64,000 nucleotides of DNA from Eledone cirrhosa (Eukaryota). The stretch covers positions 288,858,001-288,922,000 of the forward strand of contig OZ024742.1 of the NCBI GenBank assembly GCA_964016885.1. The letters run 5' to 3'. The position numbers and the translations under genes were made by a program. Below are positions 51,533 to 64,000 of the stretch, one piece after another; within the stretch, counting starts at the first letter, position 1, and every line of letters starts with the position of its first letter. The notes beneath the pieces were generated by a model, which ran no database searches, had not been told where the DNA came from, and was given only the letters and a program-made list of their open reading frames with translations.

Positions 51533-54500
51533 TTGTGTGTGTATATATATATAAACATATATGTATATATATAGCAACACCACCACTACCACTACCATCA
51601 TCACCACTGCTACCCCTCTCCATAAGATGTATTAACATTTTAAATAAATGAAGCTATCACCATTAATACTGGTCAATAGATTGGTTGGTTGCTACCATAT
51701 TATCAGCCATTGTAAATATTGTTCCTATGTCAACATAGTTGCTATGTTAAATATCTAAGTTACTGGCTAACTGAATAATATTTAACTTGGAGAAACAAGA
51801 AACATTATCACAGTATTACACAACATAACAAATAGAATGAACCTTCTTTGGTTTTGACAAGAGGTAGGGTGTTTGAGGACTCTGCCCCTCATGACCCTCT
51901 CAGGAATTAGTGGGTGAAGGAGAAGGAGAAGGAGAAGAAGTAGGCAGTGGCGGTGGCAGAACATGGAATGTACTGGAAACTGGACATCATTTCAGAACAC
52001 ATTCTTCTTCTTCTTCTTCTTCAGAAGCAACCATCTCCAACTGATCCAGCCAAGCTCATGGAAGTTATCCAACTATCTTGCTCGGGGTCTACTCCTGAGT
52101 CTCGTGCTGGTTGGTTTTGCCTGTAAAATCTGTCCAGCAATGGTAACCACATGCCCATAGTATTGGAGCTGTGATCTCTCAATTTATGAGCAAACTGTCT
52201 TGTTGATCAAATCAACTAGAACACTCATCGTTGACACAAGTGGAGGTCCATTCTATTCTGCTTACAATTACCAGAAATGTGTGGTATTGCATGAACAGTG
52301 AATGTAGAATATATGTAAAGGAGAGAAATGAAGCGTGCATGCTTTGATGGATATGCATTGATAATATACATGAATGACAAAGCTTGGATGAGCTGAGAGA
52401 AAAGCTGTGTATAAGAAGAATCAAATGTAGTGTTTTGGAGAGAAGACTGCGCTAGTGTGGACATGTGATGCATATGGATGATGATTGTTAGGTGAAAAAG
52501 TGCCAAGAAATCCCAGTGGAAGGAAACTACAATAGGAAAAGATGAAGAAAGACCTGGACAGAGGTTGTGAGAGATGATTTCAAATTGCCAAAGCTTACAG
52601 AGGAAATGATGAAGGACTGCGAAGAGTGGAGGAATGCTGTACTGGAAAGACCTGCCCAATCCATGCATGCATTGAAAAGTGAACATAAAATGATGTTGAT
52701 GATGATCGGTCCACTAGTAAAGATTCTATAAACAATTGAATTAGCAAACCATATTAGCAAGACATTGTTAAGAAGTATGAAATAGCATAGTGACTGCATT
52801 ACATTAAATATTAAAGTTTTTACTCTAATACTGCACATGTTCACAACAATCTGTCCACTAGAAAAAATACCATAAACAGTTGAATTAACAAATCACATGA
52901 AATCATATTAGCAAGGCATTATTGAAAAGACTGCATCACATTAAAAATCTAAGTTATTACTGAAATAATTTCCACAACAATCTGTCCACTAGTAGATATA
53001 CTATAAACATTTGATTAGACAAACACATTTTAAGATATTTTTTTGCTAAATCATTTTTTTTCAGCTGAGTGGACTAGAACAACATGAAAGGAAGTGTCTT
53101 ACCCAAGGACAATGAATTCCTAGCCTAACGACAGTGAGCCAAAATTGCTAGCCACCAAGCCACTGTTTTCTAACCAATTAGCCCTTTGACGTTTACATTA
53201 CTCTATATTTACAATTATATTTTTACAGTAAAAGCTTGAGCTCACATAATTATCTCACATAATATCAAATCTATAAGATTTTGATATTATTTATTTTGAG
53301 AACAATACCTTAACGTCAGTATAAGTGGCCAGTTATGGCCAGTTTGAACAGAAAGAGGTGAGAAAATTCTGGCTGGATATGGTCAGTTTAAATGCCAAGG
53401 AGTTATGATATTTTTTGTCAAATCCTTTTTTTCAGTTGAGTGGACTAGAAACAACATGAAATGAAGTGTCTTGCCCAAGGACAATGAATTCATAGCCTTA
53501 CGACTGTGAACCAAAATTTCTAAACACCAAGCCACTGTTTCTAACCATTAACCACTGTTTTCTAACCACCAAGCCACTGTTTTCTAACCATTAACCACTG
53601 TTTTTTTACAGCAGACTGTATATGCCAATAGACTCAGTGATTTACAATTTGCTATGGCCACCATATTCATGCTGTGAATGAATGTCTTCTTTTTCTCTCT
53701 CTCTCCTTACTGATAAAGGTTGTAAAGAAAAAGATTTGATAATGTTAAGTGAACGTCGTTTTGTTGAATAAGATAAATTTTCATTTGGAATCATGTTCAG
53801 CATCAGCTTTTAATAGTAAGCAGAATGGAATGGACCTCCACCTGTTTCCATGATGAGTGTTCTAGTTGATTTGACCAACAAGACAGTCTGCTCATAAAAT
53901 TAAAGTGTAAGTGGCTGAGCATTTCACAGATATGTGTGCCCTTAACTTAATTCTTACAGATTCACTATGACACAGTGTGTGACAAAGCTGGTCATTTGAA
54001 TTACAGATACAGTCTATCTGACAGGCTTCCATATAATTTCTGTCTACCACATGCCACTTGAGACTAAGGTAAATCACATTTGCCTAAGATACCACATAGT
54101 GGAATCAAGCCCTGGACCTTATGATGATTTTAAGTAGAGCTTACTTTACTTCAGTACACACAGTTAATGTATCATACTTATAAAAGACAAGAATACTAAT
54201 ACATTCCATTTTCCTAGGTTGTAGAAAGCAACAGAAAAAATCATGCATGGTTATTAATATTTTTTTCCTGTGTAAGGGAGAGAATTGCATGAAGAAGTAA
54301 ATAATTGGACAAAGCAATATTTTTTTCTTTTATTGATATTTTTTCAAGTGACAGGAAATGTTATGTTTATACAACCATATTGAATTTAGTTTATGTTTAT
54401 ATTTCTTGAAAATTTTTATCCACAAACAGACTTTGTTTCTACATACATTTCATCAGTGTGTATTAACAGCTTTCTTTCCTTTTTACTCTGGTTCTCTCTC

Positions 54501-55842
54501 TCTCTACATCATGTAGAATGGAAAACTTAGATATACACAACCTTTGTTCTTAGATTGGGAATTGATCGACAAGATCCCGGTCCTCATTCGCTTGCTGAGT
54601 GGGATTGACTTCATTAAATCAGACCAAGGAAACAATATTTCCATTGGTCTTTCCATTGCTGATTCTATCTACCGGTTGCAACTCCTGGCAGAAGGAGCAA
54701 TGTGAAATAAAGTGTCTTGCTCAAGGACACAACGCATCACCCGGTTCGAGAACTGAACTCACAACCTCATGATTGCGAATCCAACTCTCTAACCACTAAA
54801 CCACGCGCCTTCACATCCTTAGATACACAATTTGAAAAAAATTGTACTCCAAATATGTTCAATTTCGTTGTATAAGAATAGCATTTTCTGTTACTAGAAA
54901 AAAAAAAAGTAAAACATGCTGCTCTGCTCACTTACTCTTTTATTAGTTTTCAGTCATTCGACTATGGCTATCTTGGGGTACCTCCTTAAAGTTGACCATA
55001 TCAACCTTAGTGCTTCAATCCTAATTTAACATATTTATTGATCTCTTTCCATCAAACAACTAAGTTATGGGACATAAACACAGACATAGAGAAACACATC
55101 ACAGACATGTATGTGCTTCTGGGTTCTGTCCCACTGTGTGGCATCTTGGGCAAGAAACTTCCACTTAATTCTTGGGTTGACCAATCTAGATCTATATCGA
55201 TGGGATAGACCTGACTCCAACATCAATTTGTCATACAAAAACAATTTACATCTCTTGTTTAAAGGAGTCCACGCATTTGAGGAACAGATTGATGCTGGAG
55301 TCAAGTCATTTGCATCAATATAGATCTCAAGCCAATCCTCTAGGAAACGTATGTAACATTCAATCTATATATATAAAACTGTTGCTGTCTGTGTGTCCTC
55401 ATTTTTGCAAAGTCTATACAAATCCACATTTCTACTCCGATTGACTTCAAACTTGCATTTATATATTCCTTGCAGTCTAAAGATATTAACTGCAGCTTTT
55501 ATTTTCAATTTTCTGTTGTTAAAGGTGTGTTAGGCGCCGGTTATCGATCTCCGTCGAGCCCTTATAATATCTGTCTGCATGTCTGGCTGCCTGCATAACG
55601 ACATACTGACGAACACGTCATTGCTGACGTATTATCTTCGCTACATTCACACACACACACACATATATATACACATATATACTTATATATACATATATAT
55701 ATATACACATATATACATATACACACACATATATACACACACACACACACATATATATACATACATACACACACACATATATATGTATATATATATATAT
55801 GCATACATACACACACACACATATATATGTATCTGTGTGTAT

Positions 55843-58102
<2,260 letters not shown>

Positions 58103-58709
58103 TACATTGTAGGTCGCTTTAACCCGTCTTTTATTATTCAAAAAACTTCTTGCAAATAAACATTAACCCTTTGTACGCCATTCATCTAACTGTAGACCAA
58201 CACATACTAAGTAAACGGAGCGTTGACAAGGACGATGGTGAATGAATCTTCGAGGTAAGCAGTTTCCTCCCAAGCTAGCAAAGAATCACTGCTTTCAACA
58301 TTAACGGAATCTTCTGAAACTAAAAAATTTAATCTGTGAATGCAGAAGTAAATATTTCGAGAAACGTTGCAACCGAAGGAAAACAGGAAGACGGTATTTT
58401 GGTTCGTGAAGACGTTCCCTGGTAATGAACAGAAAAAAAGCGAGGATAATACGTCATTATGTGCACCGAGAAGAACAATTTCATGCAAAGACAAGACCAA
58501 GTTTATGGTATAAATGGAGTCGTTAGACTAATATTCTATTTAAAATAACCGAATGATTTCCAGCCCCGGAGTTTAAGAATGATGTAAATAAAATTGTAAA
58601 CGGAAATGACAGAGGTTATTAAAATAGTAAAAGTAAATAGTGAAGATTTAGGCCAGTACATACGTATGCGCCGATGGACATACACATACATATACAGATG
58701 CACACACAA

Positions 58710-58748
<39 letters not shown>

Positions 58749-59018
58749 CACGTGCATGTGTGTATGTAAACCTTATGCATTTCTACAGTATTGCTAGTAG
58801 TCAATAAAAGCATTCTAAAGTTATATCAAACTTAATGTATATAGAATTTGAAGTTTGAAAGCCACGACAATGCAAAATGAACTAATAAAGAAATCAGATG
58901 AAACAAGATGTTATGTGTTTTACCTTAATTTATTTATATGTCCTTATATTTTGAGATCAAAATCTCTTCTTCAAAGGAAAGTAAAAGGGGCTAATCCAGT
59001 GTTTCATGGAACGTGCTA

Positions 59019-59053
<35 letters not shown>

Positions 59054-59334
59054 TGGCAAATTAGATTGTCAGCAAGAGTGTCTTGTGGTATTCGTTGCAG
59101 TTCTCTGTCTTTGTTCCTTCAGTTCAAATCCGGCTGAGGTCGATAAAAACAGTTGAGTACTGGGGTCAATTCTTCCTCTATATCTTTTTCTCACTTCCTC
59201 CCTCTCACTTTCTATCCCTTACTGAAAGAAATCTTCTGTATTCAGGCCCAAAGAGGGATGGGCTCTGCCAGGTTTAAAGGGTCCGAGAAACACTGTATTG
59301 ACATACAACTCCATCATATATATATACCACTATA

Positions 59335-60350
59335 TCATCATCATCATCATTTTACGTCTGCTTTTCCCTGCTTGCAAGGGTGGGACGGGTTTTATTCAGC
59401 ACAGCATCTCTCCACTTGTCACGATCCTTCGTCATCTCCGCCGTGAGTTTCAGTGATCTGAGGTCTGTTCTCACCACCTCCGCCCATGTTTTTCGTGGTC
59501 TACCTCTACCATGTCTTCCTTCAACTGGCATTTCCTGGCACTTCTTCACCCATCATGCGCATCACATGTCCATACCACCACAGTCTCCTCTCTCGCACAC
59601 TACATTCTATCCCTCTCAGACACAGTTTCTCTCTCAACATATTCATGCTGGGTCGATCACGCACATTGACATTGCACATCCAGCGGAGCATGCTTGCCTC
59701 ATTTCTCTCCAGCCATCGCATATCCTCTGCAGTTTCTGCCCATGTCTCACTACCATGCAGCATCATGCTCCTCACCCAGGCATCATACAACCGGCCTTTC
59801 GTACGCAGGTAGAAACCCTTCTTCGTCAGCAGAGGAAGCAGCTCCCTAAACTTCTTCCAACCCGTCCTTATTCTAGATACTATGGCCTCGGAACACCCCT
59901 CTCCCATGCTAATCTGATCTCCTAGGTACCGGAAGCTATCCACCACTTCTATAGCACCCACCTGCATTTGAAAAATGTGTCTATCAATGCGACTTCTACT
60001 GTCTAATTTCCCTGTACATCTACTGCATACGTATTTCTCCCTACCTGTTAGTTTGCCTGCTATCCCACTACATTTCTTGTGTACCCAGGATCTGTGTGCA
60101 TTTTATAGAATTTATGCCAGTTCATTTTCTGCATATCAAACATGGCCATTTCCCTGATGGAATCAGAGTTTTGTCCTCTTTTCTACTCAACACTTTTGTC
60201 TTAGCTAGGTTCACTCTCAGTCCTCTTGCTTCCAACTGCTGTTTCCATACCCAGAATTTATTTTCTAGCTCCTCTACTGATTCTGCTATAAGAACCAGAT
60301 CGTCAGTATAGAGAAGTTCCCATGGACAGCCAGTCTTAAACTCCTCCTTT
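59335..60350 (-). mobile_element. RTE-clade LINE 3' part, related subfamily
   Basis: FKTGCPWELLY, IEVVDSFRYLGD, WKKFRELLPLL, GRPRKTW; (GAT)n tail. Confidence 0.9.
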
Positions 60351-60395
60351 GTTGAATATGGTGTACATATATATGTATGTGTGTGTATATATATA

Positions 60396-61286
60396 CAGGG
60401 TGTGGACGATATTTGTTCGCAAGATTACTGTCTAGGAAAAAATAACACAGTAGTTTTTTTTTTTAAGATATATTTATCAAACTTGGGTCAGTTTGTCTTC
60501 ATGACTTGTTCTTTCGATCTCACTTGATAAACCCGCCATTGGCTTTGATGACGGCCTCAAGGCGGCCTCGGAACCGGCTACAGGCCTTCATTGCTGTCCC
60601 CCGACTTAGGCCCCTAAAGTCACTTGTGATCCTGGCCTTCAGATCGTCTTTCGTATTGCAGCTAGATTTGTTGGTGTCTCGTTCCACTGCGCCCCAAACA
60701 AAGAAGTCGAGGGGGTTGCAGTCAGGCAAGCTGGGAGGCCAGATGTCAGGTGAAGTGTGGTCGACAAAGTTTTCTGACAGCCAAGCTTGGGTCTTTCGGC
60801 TGGTATGGCAGGGTGCTGAGTCTTGCTGCCACACGTACAGCCTACCTGCAGCTACCTGGTCGATCCAGGGCTTTACTACCTCGCTCAGAACGCGGATGTA
60901 GCCATCGGTGTTCAGCTTGAAGCCCTCAGGGAAGAAGTGAGGTGGCATGACCTCACCTTGACTGCTGATGACACCTAAGACTAATGTTGTCGCTGGAAAC
61001 TTTGTCTGCATGACTCTGGGCACGTCTTTGGATGAGACACAATTCTCCTGCTGACGCTGAGAAAGTCTGAAATTTCCTTATTTGTGTCCTCCCGGCGCGG
61101 ATTCCAAGAAGAACTCCGTGTCTCTTCCACAAATTTGGAGGTTCAAAATTATTCATAATCAATTATTCTGAAAATAAATAATGGAAATACAGTCACTGTT
61201 TTTATGAAGACAAGAGTGACAACGGAAGTAAAAAAAATGTGCATAAAATTAGCAGTTGAAAATTGCGAACAAATATTGTCCTCATC

Positions 61287-61289
<3 letters not shown>
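60396..61289 (-). mobile_element. Tc1/mariner superfamily DD37D (maT) transposon, internally deleted
   Basis: 27-bp imperfect TIRs CAGGGTGTGGACGATATTTGTTCGCAA, TA flanks; ORF 60520-61023 has WQQDSAPCH and WPPSLPDCNPLD with 37 residues between the two Asp; first catalytic D is missing. Confidence 0.92.
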
Positions 61290-61352
<63 letters not shown>

Positions 61353-62944
61353 GATGAGGACAGCATTGGCCTTGCAATTGAAAGGTTGTGAGTTCAATTC
61401 TCAGACCGGGTGATGTGTTGTTTCCTTGAAAAAGACACTTTATTTCACATTGCTCCAGTTTACTCAGCTGCAGAAATGAGATGATAGGGACTAGGGTCCA
61501 TATCATTCCACTGCAAAGTGGTCGTGGAGGTGCCACGGCAAAAAAGCACCCAGCACTCACTGTAAATGAGGTTGGTGTTAGGAAGGGCATCCAGCTGTAG
61601 AAATCAAGCCAGAATCAGTTCCCATCCCACCCTTGCAAGCAGGGAAAAGCGGACGTAAAATGATGATAATGATAATGATGATGATATTATACATTCCCTC
61701 TCATTTCTCATTTCATGCTTTAGGCTCTCTTTCTTCTATTCTCTCCCTCTCTCCCATCTTCCGCTTAATATGTGGCTATATTTTAACCAAACATTTTGCT
61801 ATGCACTGCAATCAGCTGTTTACAGCTACCCTTTCACTGAGATTCCTGCAATTTTATGAAAATATATATTAATGTGGTTGGAATTAGGAAAGGCATCCAG
61901 CTGTAAAATACTCATCGGAGCAAAGTACGGTGTGGCTAACTCTGACCAGACTTGTCTTCCAACGTGGACGACCTGTCTAACCAATGCAAGCATGGAAAAA
62001 TGGATGTTAAATGGTGATGATGATGATGATGATACATATATATATACACATTCAGCTGTAGAAACCATGCTACAATGGAACATATGAGCAAGAAACAGTT
62101 ATCTGACCTTATCAGTATGTGATAATTCATCTAACTCATACAAGCATGGAAACTAGATATAAAACGGTTCAATGAATAAAAGCATAAAAGGACGAAGAAA
62201 TACGAATACCAAAATGGCAGAATGGAATTAGGCTTATGGGTCATAAGTTGCTATGGTAACTGGTGACTGTGGACATCCATCAGAATCCTAGCTGTGTTCA
62301 TGTAATTAGAAGTTGCCTATCAAATGATTACATGAAAAAAATACTCCAACAACTCCCCAGTTATTCTAACAAATATATGATGAAGATGATGATGATGATA
62401 AAAGTGGTGATAATGGTTTCAGCAACTTTGGGGGAAGGGAAAGCCGATTTAATCGACTCCAGTGCATGACTGGTACTTTATTTTATCAACCCCGTAAGGA
62501 TGAAAGGCAAAGTTAACCTCGGTGGGATTTTAACTCAGATCATAAAGGGCCGTAACTCTATGCTGCAAAGCATGGCGTCCGACCCTGTACCAATACTGCC
62601 ATACCACCGCCCTAGTTGTGATAATGAGCAGATGGAATGTGTAGAAGATCCTGTATTATGCTACCTCACATGTAGTGTCTCAGTGTTACACTCCATGTAG
62701 CAGCATCTCACTCTCTCAATATCTTAGTGTCACACTCCATGTAGCAGCTTGAACAAAGAAATACCATGTGAGGAGCTCATATATAAATAAGAATATTGTT
62801 CAGTCAACCATACAAAGAAGGTACATGGCCTACTGGTTAGGGTTTGGATTCCTGATAATAAGGTTGTGGGTTTAATACCTGGACTGACCAGTATAATCAC
62901 ACACACATTCACTCAAATGCACTCACTCACTTTATATGTGGCAA

Positions 62945-63150
62945 CACTCTGTAAAGTGGTTGTGTTGATGCCATGATAAAATACACCCAGTACACACTAT
63001 AAAATGGTAGTGCTGATGCTGTAATAAAATACACCTAGTATACTCTGTAAAGTGGTAGTGATGGTACCCCAATAAAATGCACCCAGTAGACACTATAAAG
63101 TGGTAGTACTGGTGTCCCAATAAACTGCACCTAGTATACTCTGTAAAGTG
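62945..63150 (+). repeat. 48-bp tandem array inside a (GAT)-tailed retroposon
   Basis: Unit ~AAAGTGGTAGTGCTGGTGCCACAATAAAATACACCCAGTACACTCTGT; also at 9975-10160 and 36240-36420. Confidence 0.8.
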
Positions 63151-63330
63151 TATACATTAGGAAGGGCATCCAGTCATAGAAACCATGCCAGAATGAAATG
63201 TATGAGTGTGATGAGGTCATCTGACCTGTCAAGTCCCAGAATGTGACACATCATCCAAACCATGCCAGTGTGGAATATGGATGTAAAACGGTGGTGGTGA
63301 TGGTGGTGGTGGCGGTGAAGATGATGATGG

Positions 63331-63377
<47 letters not shown>

Positions 63378-63691
63378 ATGTTGATGATGATAGTGGTGGT
63401 GGTGATTATGATGATGATGATCATCATATACATATTTTTGTTATTGGCCTTTCTGACCAGTACTTTCAAAGAAAATATATTCTCGATTATCACTAACCAC
63501 TAAATAAAGAACTTTACATGTTTGGCTGGAATCCTTAAAAATGGGGAAATGTTTTCATCTTTTGTCTTAGTAAATTAATTAATTACAAACAATATATTTC
63601 TATTTGTGTAATTAATTTTCAATCTTTAATTAACTTTCAGAGAAGAAACTGTTACAATTTGTGTTCCACAGAATTCAATAACTACATTAAT

Positions 63692-63825
<134 letters not shown>

Positions 63826-64000
63826 AAGTATGATATATAGCTTTTGATTAACAAAGACAAATACAGAGAAAAAAGTACACAAAGTCTTATTAGTTTCACG
63901 CCTGTGGGAAAATAAAATAAATGTATCAATGTATCGGACATTAGTCTTTCATCAAGAAAGAGCAAAGTTTTAAAAGTGAGAGATGAGGCTGGAAGGTTGA

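Noticed and set aside
58100-58560. Possible first non-coding exon/promoter of the GTPase (minus-strand GTATGT donor near 58207)
   Set aside because: Part of it (58277-58321) is homologous to the repeat at 33276-33326, so a TE remnant is more likely; cannot be supported without transcripts.

Overview
Eukaryotic, AT-rich, microsatellite-saturated animal DNA. The repeat landscape of (TA)n tracts, RTE LINEs with (GAT)n tails and Meta-domain-like SINEs suggests an invertebrate, plausibly an octopod cephalopod (inference only). Two host genes are supported. One is a 7-exon RNase P/MRP subunit p40 gene (RPP40, + strand, 1940-13894, 362 aa, all introns GT-AG with consistent phase). The other is a RASD/DIRAS-type small GTPase with a single coding exon (- strand, 45320-46003). 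The rest is transposon debris: RTE LINEs carrying a PHD-like finger inside the RT, an internally deleted L1/Tx1 LINE, two DD37D/maT deletion derivatives, an R4-like fragment, SINEs, MITEs and minisatellites. The most notable signal is a recurring module embedded in (TA)n tracts: (TA)n - fold-back inverted repeat (arms 12 to ~620 bp) - 50-100 nt one-sided tail, often with an ACTCTACTA..GTATTGAGTACT..ACCAC motif - (TA)n. It is frequently loaded with type I hammerhead ribozymes, several with non-canonical cores. One member contains a Penelope RT-thumb/GIY-YIG ORF, which ties the series to Penelope-like retroelements. All structures were read by eye; no searches or folding programs were run.
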